Notes: generated from the sequence alone by a model not told the origin. Positions 1-15,613 are shown, counted from the stretch's first letter. The stretch is 64,000 nucleotides of DNA from Eledone cirrhosa (GCA_964016885.1 OZ024743.1:25048001-25112000), one strand, 5' to 3'. Made by a program: numbers and translations.

Positions 1-163
1 GGTTCCGTATAACCATGTCCATTACGAGCTGAGGATCCGCTAAGGTGAAACAATTGTTCCCGGTAGAGTGAACTAACTGTTATGTAACCACTTCTACCTA
101 ACTCATCCCATGGACTGAGTGCTCTACCACTTCGGATATTAGCTACCTTCCAGTGTTCTACCA

Positions 164-166
<3 letters not shown>
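1..166 (+). mobile_element. Family A HHR-bearing element end; relatives at 4921-5068 (+) and 60249-60352 (internally inverted)
   Basis: All three share the tail GTGAACTAACTGTT...GACTGAGTGCTCTACCAC...CCACT running into (TA)n. Confidence 0.75.
25..62 (+). ncRNA. Type I hammerhead ribozyme motif (family A)
   Basis: CGAG-CTGAGGA-TCC GCTAA GGT-GAAA-CAATTG-TT-CCCG. Palindromic stem III, GUU site. The 60.3-kb copy has CTCG, which restores stem I. Confidence 0.65.
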
Positions 167-204
<38 letters not shown>

Positions 205-370
205 AGCCTAATACCACATTGTTCGTACTGCACCTTTGTTATTGTTTTTGTTTTTTGTGTTTTACTTCTATATATATATATAACGCACACTGACACATAG
301 GTACACACGTGAACCTAATAAACTTTTATTTGTACTGCCTCTCTGTTTTTGTTCCCGTCCAAGTTTTCAC

Positions 371-491
<121 letters not shown>

Positions 492-546
492 AAGTATTGA
501 AGTTTGCTTGAAGCATTGTGGAATAATAATAATATAATTTATATAA

Positions 547-1809
<1,263 letters not shown>

Positions 1810-1963
1810 GTATATATATGTGTATATATAAATGAATGAATAAATAACCAAGTTTCAATAAATTAATACATTATTTAATTGATTTACATATTTACTCGTT
1901 TGATTCAAATACAGAAGGAGGTAGTATTTAATTCCTCTGTGGAGAAATCGTCAGAACCACTAG

Positions 1964-2080
<117 letters not shown>

Positions 2081-2222
2081 ATATATATATATAATAAATG
2101 GAGAATAGGAAGGCTGTGCAGTTGCTAGTTAAGGTAGGCTTAAAATCAAGAAGAAAGTAAGAACGGGGGAGGGGGAGTTTCCCCCATCAGTTGTCTACTG
2201 GGCTTTAAAGTCAATATATGTA

Positions 2223-2287
<65 letters not shown>

Positions 2288-2291
<4 letters not shown>

Positions 2292-2572
2292 TACCGAGAA
2301 TCGTATTTCGGCTATTGGAAATTACCGAAAAACAACTTCCGAGATGTGTGGCAAGCGCTCAATAGATTCTAACGAACTAGAGCTACAACATACGTTAAAA
2401 GGCCAAACACACTGAGACGATGGTTAAACCATTATCCGCACAGCCATAGAAACAACCAAGTAATTAGGGTCAAACAAATAAAAAATGTGATTGAACAATT
2501 TACCCGGACCCCTGGATGGTTGGTAAAATCCAGCATTTGGGTTTCTGCGACTCCTAAATCAAGTAATGTCCG

Positions 2573-2575
<3 letters not shown>
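2288..2575. mobile_element. Unclassified ~290-bp interspersed repeat; diverged second copy at ~4500-4801
   Basis: Colinear shared blocks (CAACTTCC, CAAGCGCTC, CTGAGACGATGGTTAA, GGGTCAAACAAA, TTTACCCGGACCC, TTGGGTTTCTGC, CCTAAATCAA). TA-flanked. No HHR core seen. Confidence 0.7.
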
Positions 2576-2615
<40 letters not shown>

Positions 2616-2708
2616 GCATGTTTCATGTGCATTCAAACGTAAAAACAGGCAAAAGTCTTCCTGTAAATATAAATAATATATCCGTTTGTTTGTAGGTGTA
2701 TAATTATA

Positions 2709-2800
<92 letters not shown>

Positions 2801-2961
2801 TATACACACACACTCACACACACACATATATATATATACTGTATATATATATATATATACAAATGCACACAGACACACAGAAACACAAATAAATATCACA
2901 TGCACAAAACACACACACACACAGACGCACACGCACACACATGTACACACACACACACATG

Positions 2962-2992
<31 letters not shown>

Positions 2993-3482
2993 GCACATTC
3001 AGAGAGCAGTGTGTATATATATACACAGTAAACGACTATCCAGTGTCAATGAAGTGCACCCATATCAAGACATGTTAATGTCACCTAACAAGAATATAAT
3101 AACACACAAACCCTCACACATCTATATATCGAGACAACAATACACAGTCTCTCCAAATGCTAGTAATAGCAGCCACTTCTTCAAACCGTACGTAATTTTA
3201 TATTAAAAAAGACGAAAAGCAAATAATAATAGATTTTATTCTAGATATATTATTAATTTTTCTCCTCTCTCTTCATATTCACAAGTACACACACGCATGC
3301 ACTCACACACACGCATGCACTCACACACACGCATGCACTCACACACACACATGCACTCACACACACACATGCACCCACACACACATGTGCACTCACACAC
3401 ACTCACACATATATTAGAATATGCCATGTTATACTCACAAACACACACACACACATATATATATATATAAATACACAAACAC

Positions 3483-3525
<43 letters not shown>

Positions 3526-3537
3526 AATACACACACA

Positions 3538-3585
<48 letters not shown>

Positions 3586-3946
3586 AATACACACACATAT
3601 ATATATATATATATACACATACATGTATATACATACACACACATATATCTAAACACACACACACATATATATACACACACATACACACACACATACATAT
3701 ATATACACACACATACATACAAACACACATATATACACATACACACATTCATATAAACTCCAACAGATCTATATATTTGCTAAAATACCCATCCATACTT
3801 CCAAATGTAGATCTTACCTCCACCACTAAAGTTTCCCTACAGTATAACTCCGTTTGACAATCCATGGCCTCTCTCTCTCTCACATATCCGTTGCTCCTAC
3901 AGACATACACAACAATATATATATATAAATATATAAAAAGGGTAAA

Positions 3947-4240
3947 GAGAGTTTTCCTCCGAGGCACAAGTCCAGGCAAGGTTGTTTGTTGAAGACCAAT
4001 AGTCGCCTATGCATACCAGTCTCCCCTCTCCACGCCACCGATGAGGTCCAAGGAAAAGGCAATGGCCGATACAGCTTGGCACCAGTGACGTCGCAACTCA
4101 TCTCTACAGCTGAGTAAACTGGAGCAACGTGAAATAAAGTGTCTTGCTCAAGGACACAACGCATAATCCGGTCCGAGAATCGAACTCGCAACCGTCCGAC
4201 TGCAAGTCCAATGCTCTAACCACTAACCCATGCGCCTTCA

Positions 4241-4241
<1 letters not shown>
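3947..4241 (-). mobile_element. tRNA-derived SINE with a CORE/V-like central domain; diverged relatives at ~14420-14710 (+) and ~17900-18175 (-)
   Basis: Minus strand has A box TGGGTTAGTGG, B box GAGTTCGATTC, then TGTGTCCTTGAGCAAGACACTTTATTTCAC. Confidence 0.75.
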
Positions 4242-4294
<53 letters not shown>

Positions 4295-4332
4295 TATATA
4301 TATATATATACATATATATATGTATATATATG

Positions 4333-4498
<166 letters not shown>

Positions 4499-5064
4499 TA
4501 AATTTTGCGAGATCGCATTTCGGCGGGTAGAAATTAGCGAAACGCAACTTCCACATTGTGCAGACAAGCGCTCCATGGATATGAAGAAGAAGATACCAGG
4601 GCTATAAACATAAGTTAATATGGTCATACACGCTGAGACGATGGTTAAGAAGCCTTTAACCACCATACCCCAAAAAGCGAACAAGCTAAACGGGTCAAAC
4701 AAAATGAGATATGATTGAAATATTTACCCGGACCCTCGGGGAAGATGGAATACTCCGAAATTGGGTTTCTGCAACACCTAAATCAATAATACTGTCTGCT
4801 TATAAAAAAATAAGCTTTTGGTATAATGATCGAACAAGGCATCGCTTTCTCAACAGGTTTTTGTTCGTCTTGCGCCAGAATCTCGCAGGATATACACACA
4901 CACATATACATATATATAGGTAGACTGAAGGTAGACTGGTGGTTCAGGAAACGTTCCTTAAATCGCCATGCCCAGTGAACTAACTGTTGTGTAACCACTT
5001 CTATCTAACTCGTCCCATGGACTGAGTGCTCTACCACTACGGATATTACCTTCCAGTGTTCCAC

Positions 5065-5151
<87 letters not shown>

Positions 5152-5522
5152 CACATACACACACATATTATTTTATTCTACGATTTGACACAACTTATGT
5201 TCACCGAATTCAGGGACTAGACTCCTTCTTCCTCCCGTTTGACCTTGGCGGAATTCCTTCCTTGCTCACATTTCGACTAGGTTTGATGGTCTTTATTCTC
5301 TCTCGTTCACGATTTCACCGAACTTATATTCATGGAAATCTGGGACTTGACTCTTTCTTGCATTACCATCTTTGTTTGTTTACAGTCTCGCTCGTTCCCC
5401 TTACTTACGTGTCCCAACGACTTTCTTTAGCCGTTGCTCGCACCAGCCGGAAGTATATGGTCTTTAAAGCGATGAATACCAATGAAGGTTGGAAGATCAC
5501 TGATGAAGGACTAGCTTTATTC

Positions 5523-5694
<172 letters not shown>

Positions 5695-5765
5695 TTAGCA
5701 GCTGGAAAGACCAATAGAAACCTTTTTTCCTCGCTCCGATTTGACGAAAGTCGATCGTTCCTTTT

Positions 5766-5805
<40 letters not shown>

Positions 5806-5820
5806 CACACACTTATTTTT

Positions 5821-5952
5821 TCTCATTCTAGCTTCTGATGAAGGACTAGTGTCTGAGACGTAAACACACTTTTCCTATTATATCAAGCGTTAAATCTATA
5901 TATTTCTTTATTGTACTGTGTTGTTTGCTTTGCCATTTCCATTTTTGTTTGC
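5821..5952 (+). mobile_element. Family C element with a decayed minimal HHR
   Basis: CTT-CTGATGA-AGGAC TAGT GTCT-GAGAC-GTA, with GAAA mutated. The tail resembles 30500-30582, 35720-35780, 38931-39015 and 41721-41850. Confidence 0.6.
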
Positions 5953-6204
5953 ATGTATATGTATGTAAGCAGACATATGAAATAAGTTGAGAGGCTCTGT
6001 TGTGATTGCATCGCGGATGAATTGGCACGACAGAGTCCATGAGGAAACCAATGAAGGCGCATTTTAACCAAACATTGGTGAATGGCAACCCGACAAATAC
6101 GACGGATTTCGAAAACTGACACAAAAATCCGAAACGCGAATAAGGATGGTTCAACGAAATAGTGTCAATGCAGCAACACGCATCTTCTTCTTCTTCTTCT
6201 TAAT

Positions 6205-6415
6205 CATCATCACCATCATCATCATCACCATCACCATCATCACCATCATCATCATCATCATCATCATCATCGTCATCATCGTCATCATCATCATCATTAT
6301 CACCATCACCATCATCATCATCATCATCATCATCATGATCATCATCATGATCATCGTCATCATCGTCATCAACATCATCATCATCATCAACATCATCGTC
6401 ATAATCCTCGTCGTT
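6205..6415. repeat. (CAT)n/(ATG)n trinucleotide microsatellite; tail of the adjacent retroelement
   Basis: Direct reading of the sequence. Confidence 0.9.
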
Positions 6416-6830
6416 TTTATGTCCGCCTGTTTTCCCATGCTTCCATGGTTCAGTTCAGTCTTCTCCTACACAGCTTCCATCCAATCCTCTCTTTCCTTTC
6501 TCATTGCCTTTGTGTGGTTCAGCATTCTGAGATCCGCTCATACCATCCCTGCCCATATCTTTCTCGGTTCATCTCTACCACATCTTCTTAGAATCACTAC
6601 CATTGCTTAACTCGACAATTATCAGGTATTGCGTGTTTGTACCAGCGCAATCTTTTCTCTGATTCCTCTTATACATATTTTTCTTCTCAACTAATCCGTG
6701 TTTCAGCATTTATGCACACTAACATTACATAACCATCAGAGCATGCGTGATTCGTTTCTTTCTCCTCTCTGCACATCTCCAGCTTTCAATGCCGACCTCA
6801 CACAACCACCCAGGTGAGCGGCACTATACA
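6416..6830 (-). mobile_element. Decayed RTE-type LINE 3' fragment
   Basis: Minus-strand remnants ERNESRML*WLCNVSVH and EKRLRW are typical of the RTE C-terminal region. Ends in (GAT)n. Confidence 0.55.
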
Positions 6831-7118
6831 CATACAGCTAATATTTTATTCTTTTACTGTATTCAGTAATGTGATTGCAGCCACACATGTGGGGATCCTC
6901 CTTTATAGTTATTTAGTGAATTATATCAACCTCAGTTGCTTTTCTGTTAATGATTATCGAAATCATACTATAATAAAGACGGGAAAATACACCAGTTACA
7001 CCAAAACGCTAAAAGATGTAGCCGAACGAGAATCAAAATGATTTAGACCGATGGAGTCGATCATCAATTCCTCACACACCCCACTCTTACAAACACGCAC
7101 ACACACGCACACACGCAC

Positions 7119-7222
<104 letters not shown>

Positions 7223-7639
7223 CGAATCAGTTGCCACTCTGAAACAGAGAATATTTCGTATATCATTGAGTAATAAAGGGATCACCTTAAATAATTCTTC
7301 TTCATATGTCTTATTTCAAACGCGGCAATGTTAAATTCGTTTGCATATATATACTTGAAAAAAAAAATTTGTCGATCGACTTTCGTCAAATCGGATCGAG
7401 GAAACAATGTTTCCGTTGCTAATACTATTTATCGGTCGCAACTTCAGGTAGAAGGAGCAACGTGAAATATATATATATATATATATATAAGGGATGACAA
7501 AATATCGTTATAGGGTGTGAATATTTCTTATTATGAATAGTTTTAGCGTACAGCGTTGTTTGACTCAACAAGAGGTTTATGTAGGTGGTGAGTTTATGAT
7601 TTAACTTGTATTCCTATGTAAGTTTATCTTGGAGTAATA

Positions 7640-7936
7640 AAATTGAAAAAGTGAAGAATAACATGGTCAACAGTACAAAAAAGGGGAATTTATTTACAGT
7701 CCAACAATTGTTTCTCTGATTAAGTTGTCTAAAAATTGCTGAACACTAGAAGCAGTGCCACTCAATTTTAAATACGATGCGAGCTCAATCAGAACATCAG
7801 ATACTAGCATCGTATTTAAAATTGAGTGGCACTGCTTCTAGTCTTCAGCAATTTTTAGACAACTTAATCAGAGAAACAATTGTTGGACTGTAAATAAATT
7901 CCCCTTTTTTGTACTGTTTTTGTACTTTTTCAATTT
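7640..7936. mobile_element. Fold-back element with ~110-bp near-perfect arms (7669-7780 / 7807-7918)
   Basis: Arms are reverse complements with one mismatch seen and a 26-nt spacer. The right end runs into (TA)n. Confidence 0.85.
7698..7805 (-). ncRNA. Hammerhead-like motif with long stem II and core CUGAUGU (A9U)
   Basis: Minus strand: AGTAT-CTGATGT-TCTGATTGAG[~55 nt]CTTAATCAGA-GAAA-CAATTG-TT-GGACT. Stem II is 10 bp and stem I is imperfect. Confidence 0.55.
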
Positions 7937-8286
7937 ATATATATATATATATATATATCATTTACTAATGAGGACAGACAGTGCATATGGTACAATGCAG
8001 GGCCTCTGAGACTATTTTCACAAAGATATCTTCAAACAGGAGACTTGGATCAAATGCTTATATGACAGTTGACACCGTTAAACCCAACTATGGACAATTT
8101 GGAGGTGTTTAATCGAGTGACAAATTAAGTCTAAGACCGCAGTAGGACACCGGGGATTTGTACTCAGGCAGTCGATATCTTCACTAAATTCGATACTTCG
8201 CATTTTGTACTTCACAGTTTCACGTCTCCGATTCTAAAATTTATATGAAAACACATCGTGCATCTTTAAAATTATAGTGTCGGTTT

Positions 8287-8318
<32 letters not shown>

Positions 8319-8586
8319 TGTATGTATGTATGTATGTATGTATGTATGTATGTATGTATGTATGTATGCATGTATGCATGTATGTATGTATGTATGTATG
8401 TATGTATGTATGTATGCATGTATGTGTGAATGTATGTATGTATGTATGTATGTATGTATGTATGTATGTGTGAATGTATGTATGTATGAGTGTATGTATG
8501 TGTGTGTGTATGTATGTATGTGTGTATGTATGCATGTATGTGTGGAAGTTGTATGTATGTATGTATGTATGTATGTATGTATGTAT

Positions 8587-8872
8587 CTTGGTTAAGAGAG
8601 TGGGACTGGCTTTGTGCAGTGCCTTTGCTCACTATAAAAGCTTCACGGCACAGGCATTACTTTATATCTGGAGATCTCTCTGCACTTGTCGTCACATGGT
8701 ACCATGGGCCCAGCACTATGTGTCAATAATTGTCACAGGTGTAGTGTTTGTAGCAGAGTTTTCAAGTCGCTGGCTGGACTAAAAAGTCACACTCGTTCAG
8801 CGCATCGGTAGGGTTTTTCCTACATGGATATAAAGTAGTGGCCGTACTCGAAAACGAGTTGGCAGCCACCAT
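8587..8872 (+). mobile_element. 5'-truncated copy of an RTE-related non-autonomous element
   Basis: Reverse complement of the 11330-11940 units. Preceded by a long (GTAT)n tract. Confidence 0.8.
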
Positions 8873-9099
8873 GTGTGTACATATACATTTCTCTAACTAA
8901 TGAGGAAAAACAGTGAATATGACACAATTCAGGGCCCCCAAGATTATTGAGATAAAGGTATCTTTAAGTAGGAGACCAGAGCCAAATGCTTACAGTACAG
9001 TAGACACTGCCAAATATATACAGGTATATGATGCTACTAAACTGGGTGACCTACATACATGCATAATACAAACAAGCAAGAAAGGTAACACGTCAAAAA

Positions 9100-9450
9100 G
9101 ATAATCTTGAAGATATAAGACATTACAGTGATGTGAAGAGCATACTCACCTATAATACTGGAAAGTACCTGTCAAAGACTCTATAAAATTGAGATATTAA
9201 CTACCGTGACAAAGAATAGAAAATGTATGCAATCTTAGAAATCAGTTACCTGGCAGTTCATATAATGTTAAGGATTTATGAAAAAGAAAGTACCTTGTGA
9301 AAAGTTTGCAGGTTTTTAATTATATAACTAACTGTCTCTGCACCAAGCTTAAGAAACTGGCAAAACCTAACGGACACGGATAGTTAATAAATTACTGGTA
9401 CAAACCATTGCAGTAACTATAAAAATATATAAAACATTCTAGATGTTCAA
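9100..9450 (+). mobile_element. Decayed RLE-type (R4/Dong-like) non-LTR retrotransposon C-terminal fragment
   Basis: Remnant peptides YAILEISYLAVHIMLRIYEKE and [13 protein letters not shown] parallel those at 10.8-11.1 kb. Many stops. Confidence 0.4.
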
Positions 9451-9537
9451 GAGGTAGAATGTATATATGCAAAACTTATAGGCATAATATGTATATTAAT
9501 ATCTGTATAAATATATATATATATATGTATTTCACAT

Positions 9538-9813
9538 CTAGGATAAGGAGTAGATATTGCAATAGCCTGGGTTCAACTCTTCAACAAGCTGCCAAGAAAT
9601 TTCAGAGATCTGCATGGACGTGGATGTTTTCAAGAAAGATCTTGACACTCTGCTATCCAGGATCCCAGATGAGCCCACAACACGGTACGGAGTTAACCTT
9701 AGGTCAGCAGCAACCAATGGCCAGCCAACACAGGCTGGAGATAGAACGTTTATCAACAAGGTCGGTGCCCCAGCATAGCCTCAGCCGCATGGCGGGAACA
9801 GGTAAAGGAGTAA
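9538..9813 (+). mobile_element. CR1-like LINE 3' end; same tail at ~31742-31795 (-)
   Basis: Frameshifted [13 protein letters not shown] / [20 protein letters not shown] / RSAATN, then GGTGCCCCAGCATAGCCTCAGCC...ACAGGTAAAGGAGTAA. Confidence 0.6.
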
Positions 9814-9815
9814 TA

Positions 9816-9925
<110 letters not shown>

Positions 9926-10259
9926 ATTTAGCTTCAGCATAGGTGTATACATACATGTATGTAAATTTCCTATATCTAAAGATATGTTTAATAGATATAT
10001 ATTTTGAAAGCTCAGCTATGAATATCCGTGTAGCGGATCTCGGCAGAAGCAGCGGGGGACAACTGTCTATGCATTTCGATCTCTGGCCCTCGCCAGGACA
10101 GTGGGTTCCCTGCTCTTTGCTGGAACTTGAAACAGGCGAAAATATGTAGTTTTTTCGCATGTGTAGGTGCGCTGATTAGCCTCATTTGCATATGAAACTG
10201 TAATACACACACACACACGCTTACACACACACACACATATATATATATAGTTTATTGTA

Positions 10260-11070
10260 GCGTATCTGTTCCAAAGTACCAAAGGCAGTGGGAAACTCAT
10301 TGGACGAAGCTTGGAAACTCTCATCAAGTCAGCAAAAATGTGTGTATGCGTATACATCACACAAGCTACAGGATACAAAGAACAACCCATTTTGGATTTG
10401 GCATATACACATCACATCCCACCTAGAGTAAACTCCATAGCTAATGATCGACGGGAGACTACAGACCTGATCAGTTAGAGACAGACAATTGACTCTAAAC
10501 ATTCATCTTGTGGTAGAAAATGTCATTCTGCCATAATTGTGTGGAAAATGTCTCGCATATTATCATCGGCTACCTGCAATATGTTTCGATTACTCATGAT
10601 ATCATTGCCAAAATATTTATAATGCCATTAGTCTAAGTATGGCTTGTCATTTATGCATATATGAAAGGCACTCCTGAACTACCATGCATCCACTCATTTG
10701 CACTTAAGGAACATTGATGGATTATACCAATAAAAACAACAATACGGTGCAAACAACAGGGAACAAATACCATGAAGAGTTGTAGAGATCAGCTGGTCGG
10801 TGGATGTGAACATACCGTCTAACTCTGTGGAAGAAGAGATCATATATGGTGAAATAATATGGAACAGCATTTGGATCCCGCCAACAGATTCCCAATTGGA
10901 ACTATAATAGAATATGTAACAACATGGGATATGTCACAACAGATTTACACAAATGCCTGAAAATCATAGGGATTTCCAAGAACGAGCAAAGCAAGCAGAT
11001 TCATATCTTCTAAATTCAATTGATTATTTGTACAATGAAGATTTGTGAAACACACCTAGCATTCCCCATT
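10260..11070 (+). mobile_element. Decayed RLE-type (R4/Dong-like) non-LTR retrotransposon 3' region
   Basis: Remnants of a zinc-knuckle region (RKCHS...ENVSHII), HDIIAKI, VVEISWSVDVNI, EEEIIYGEI, MGYVTTDLHKCLKIIG and KICETHLAF. Broken by frameshifts. Confidence 0.5.
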
Positions 11071-11328
11071 TTAATTTCCTAGAATGAACATAGATACACA
11101 ATGATATGTATCTATATGTCATACACACATAATGGTAATCACACACATCCTAACATTAAACAAACATATACACATATGAGGACATTTACAATTCGACGAC
11201 ATATAGGTAGGTATTAACTCAGATATTCTGAATCGTGACAAATATTTTGATCGTGACCATCTTGAATGCTGAAACTTTCTAAAAACAAATAAACAAAGTA
11301 AAACAATACACACACACATACATACATA

Positions 11329-12238
11329 CATGGTGGCTGCCAACTCGTTTTCGAGTACGGCCACTACTTATATCCATGTAGGAGAACCCCTACCGATGAG
11401 CTGAACGAATGTGACTTTTTAGTCCAGCCAGCGACTTGAAAACTCTGCTACAAACACTACACTTGTGACAATTATTGACACATAGTGCTGGGCCCATGGT
11501 ACCATGTGACGACAAGTGCAGAGAGATCTCCAGATATAAAGCAATACCTGTGTCGTGAAGCTTTTATAGTGAGCAAAGGAACTCCCACAAAGCCAGTCCC
11601 ACTCTCTTAACCAAGGTGATATTTACCAAAAAGAAATACATACATACATACATGGTGGCTGCCAACTCGTTTTCGAGTACGGCCACTACTGTTATCCATG
11701 TAGAACCCCTACCGATGCGCTGAATGAGTGTGACTTTTTAGTCCAGTCAGCGACTTGAAAACACTGGTACAAACACTACACTTGTGACAATTACTGACAC
11801 ATAGTGCTGGGCCCATGGTATCATGTGACGACATGTGCAGAGAGATCTCCAGATATAAAGCAATGCCTGTGCCGTGAAGCTTTTATAGTGAGCAAAGGCA
11901 CTGCACAAAGCCAGTCCCACTCTCTTAACCAAGATGATATTTACCAAAAAGAAGAACAAGTCAACATCATTGGATACCATCAGGGTTGCAGGTGTTATAT
12001 CAGAGTTTTCCTTCTCCTAGAATTCTGCCTTGACAAAAGCTAAGGGGTCATCTCTTCCAGTGATTTTGGATGGCCATTGACTCTTAAGAGGTCCTTTGCC
12101 CTTTGACAGGTTTTGTTTTTAGTCCTGCAGGATGTCCAAAGTCACCCTCCTCACCAAGAAACCTTGGTGGGGTTGCCAGTTTAGTCCCCAACGACCCGAC
12201 CATGAGACAGGTTGTACTGGGATACATGTTACCAGTAG
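11329..12238 (-). mobile_element. RTE-related non-autonomous element: ~585-bp copy (11652-12238) plus a tandem ~305-bp 3' copy (11329-11635)
   Basis: Near-identical tandem units separated by (TACA)n. The minus strand has CTAGGAGAAGGAAAACTCTG, a motif recalled from RTE 5' regions. Diverged relative at ~35868-36140 (+). Confidence 0.7.
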
Positions 12239-12256
12239 CATACATACATACATACA

Positions 12257-12287
<31 letters not shown>

Positions 12288-12468
12288 GTACATACATACA
12301 TATATACGTACATGCTTGCATACGTACATGTACACCTACATGTATATGTGCATGCACGCAGCCACCCCTTTATTCGCATACACACAGACACAAGAACATA
12401 CATAAAACAGGTCGAGTGTATAAGACGCACTTTCTACCTCCAAAATTGATTTCATTATCTATCTATAA

Positions 12469-12658
12469 GGGCGGTGGATTGGCAGTATCGGTGGAGGGTC
12501 GGACGCCATGCTTTCCAGCATAGTTACGTCCCTTTACGATCTGAGTTCAAATCCCGCCGAGGTTGACTTTGCCTTTCATCCTTACGGAGTCGATAAAATA
12601 AAGTACCAGTAATGCACTGGGTAATTGCTGGCCTTGTGCCTAAAGTAGAAACAATTAT
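12469..12658 (+). mobile_element. tRNA-derived SINE (Meta/MESC-like core); the most abundant SINE in the window
   Basis: B box GAGTTCAAATCC followed by GCCGAGGTTAACTTTGCCTTTCATCCTTACGGGGTCGATAAAATAAAGTACCAG. Copies or fragments at 12855-12970, 21660-21840, 28060-28200, 28470-28560, 30209-30385, 33690-34000, 39849-40030, 42250-42545, 43597-43677, 52790-52917, 59273-59464 and 61410-61535. Confidence 0.85.
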
Positions 12659-13354
12659 CTATCTATGACCTATACACAGAATAAAAGTTGCAAATGCTAC
12701 AACATTTTTTCAAAAATTTTATCTTCAAAACAAGCATGCGTCTTGTACGCCGGAACGCTGTATATCCCCCCAAAAACTACGGTAATTACGAAGACTTTTG
12801 TCAGATACATAATTCATACTGCCAATCCATATATATCTATCTCTATATTGATAAATAATTGTTTCTACTATTGGCACAAAGTTAGCAATTACCCCAGTGT
12901 ATTACCGGTACTTTATTTTATCGAGCTCGTAAGGATGAAAGGCAAAGTTAACCTCGGCGGGATTTGAACATATATATTGATAAATAATTGTTTCTACTTT
13001 TGGCACAAGGCCAACAATGTATTATTTGTTTGGTAAAAAGTTCGCTTTGAAATGACAGGGTCCTGCTTTGAAACCAATTCTGGTATTTTGGACAAGTGTC
13101 TTTTACTATATAAAAGATCAGATTGTTATGTCTGGAATGCTTCTGATCATAGGTCTAATCTTGCAGGGTTGATATGGGCCTTAAACAACAATGACAATAA
13201 CAACAACGTTCCAGAGTACAGGTTGAAAATGTTGTTATAATTAGTGTTATTTAGATACGAGTCGGTCTTGATGTAGCAGACCAATGCTCTATTGTTCCGT
13301 TTTTTTTTCACCAGGCAAGCTCGAAGCTTAACTACATTTTCACTTGTAAATATA

Positions 13355-13704
13355 CAGTAAGTCCCCACCTTACGAACATCCTACTTACGAACTTCCGCAG
13401 ATACGAACAATCTCATGAAGAAAAAATTTAAACTAATTTTTTTCTTTAACAACTTATTGTCATTAGTTTTACAGTATTTAAATTCAGTATTACATGTTAT
13501 ATATATATATCTATATACTTGGTATATACATATGTATTACATGTTATATATACCTCTATATACTGTATATATATCACTCATGTGGAAACCTGCAGTATCA
13601 ATGTAACATATATGGGCTTACTGGTACATACTGTTTTAAACGATCAACTTACGAACAAATCAACTAACGAACGGCCTCTTGGAACGCAACTCGGGGACTC
13701 ATTA
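13355..13704. mobile_element. Tc1/mariner-superfamily (pogo/Tigger-like) MITE
   Basis: Left end TA|CAGTAAGTCCCC and degenerate right end GGGGACTCATTA|TA. Subterminal TTACGAAC repeats at both ends. Confidence 0.55.
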
Positions 13705-13929
13705 TATTTTCTTTACGGTAGAAGACTGCAATTTGAGAGAGATTCTGATATTTAGTTCAAGGATTTTTTGGAAATGTTCTCTATGTACAAAACTCGTTAT
13801 GGGAAATTACTCAAATGGTGCATGAAAATATATCGTTCACATGTATATTTGGCAAGCATAGACAACCCCACCCTCAAATTACCCCACATGCGCTCGAGCG
13901 CACACGCACACATGCATGCACACACACAG

Positions 13930-14035
<106 letters not shown>

Positions 14036-14115
14036 ATAATACATATATAAATGCTATATATATATATATATATATATAGCATGTTCCGCATCTGTTCGGT
14101 TAACCCAATACTCTA

Positions 14116-14150
<35 letters not shown>

Positions 14151-14316
14151 CCATATATATGCATATATATATTCATATATGTATATATATACACACACAT
14201 ATATATATATATATGTATGTATATACATGTATATATATGTATATGTGTATATATATATATACATATATATATATATAAATATGTATACATCTCTCTCTCT
14301 CTCTCTAAATATATAT

Positions 14317-14395
<79 letters not shown>

Positions 14396-14810
14396 GTGTG
14401 TGTATCTAAGTACATATGTACTTGAAAGCTTGGGCCCTTGTGTTTAGAGAGTTCCATTCATAATCATGAGGTTGTAAGTTCGAATTCCAGAACGGGTGAT
14501 GTGTTGTATCCTTGAGCAAGACACTTTATTTCACATAGCCCTAGTTCGTTCATTCAACTGTATCGGATTTTGCCTTTCCCTTAGACGACGTGGTGGCGTT
14601 GAGGGAGGAAACTAGGAAGCATGAGCTTCTGCTAATCTTCCATAAAAAGAACTTGGACCGCCTTGTGCTACAGAGGGGAACTGTCTATGGGAAAATCCCA
14701 TGGCCATGAGGTGTGTGTATATATATGTATATCTCTCTCTCTATCTATCTATGTGTGTGTGTGTGTGTTTGTGTGTGTATATATAGCTAATATATATATA
14801 TATATATATA

Positions 14811-14963
14811 CGTTATTCCGGTTGAATCGGACGTAACCACAGTAAGTACGGTACTCAATACCTAGCAGAGTATAAAAGTTTTAATATAGATGAGATTCTA
14901 CAGGACTAGAACTGTTTCATTCTTTAGAAATCATCAGGAATCAGAATCTCATCTATATTAAAA

Positions 14964-14967
<4 letters not shown>
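14811..14967 (-). mobile_element. Family K HHR element with a short inverted tail; copies at 27397-27555, 53987-54152 and 59703-59833
   Basis: Shared core and tail, flanked by (TA)n. 14943-14967 is an inverted duplicate of 14876-14899. Confidence 0.8.
14894..14942 (-). ncRNA. Type I hammerhead ribozyme (family K), canonical core
   Basis: Minus strand: GATTC-CTGATGA-TTTC TAAA GAAT-GAAA-CAG TTCTAGTC CTG-TA-GAATC. GUA site. Confidence 0.8.
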
Positions 14968-15037
<70 letters not shown>

Positions 15038-15254
15038 GATATATGTGTACGTATGCATGTATGTGTGTAAGTATGTATGTAAATATAGACATAGGTGTGT
15101 GTTTAAAGAGATCCGTTTACAACAATGTAAATTCTGTTTTATGGCCTTAGTTCCATAGTTCTTCACGCTAGGCATATGTTTTCTACAATGGCCTCGGGTT
15201 GTCTAATACATTGAGAGTCAAATACGGCTGATGGGTACTGTAGGAGCTAGTAGG

Positions 15255-15308
<54 letters not shown>

Positions 15309-15356
15309 GTGTATGTCTGTATATATATATATATATATACATTTTTATATATATAA

Positions 15357-15391
<35 letters not shown>

Positions 15392-15471
15392 CATACATAC
15401 ATATTTACACACACACACATATATATATATACATTGTTATACATATATGCAAAAAAATAAAATATATATAC

Positions 15472-15502
<31 letters not shown>

Positions 15503-15613
15503 CATATATATATACATATATATATACATATATATATATACATACATATATATATATATATATATTTTTTTTTTTGCGTATATCTATATATGTATATATG
15601 TATATATATATAT

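Noticed and set aside
1900-1958. Minus-strand CTGACGA with a good stem II (TTTCTC/GAGGAA)
   Set aside because: GAAA reads TAAA and stem I is out of register. At best a decayed single copy.
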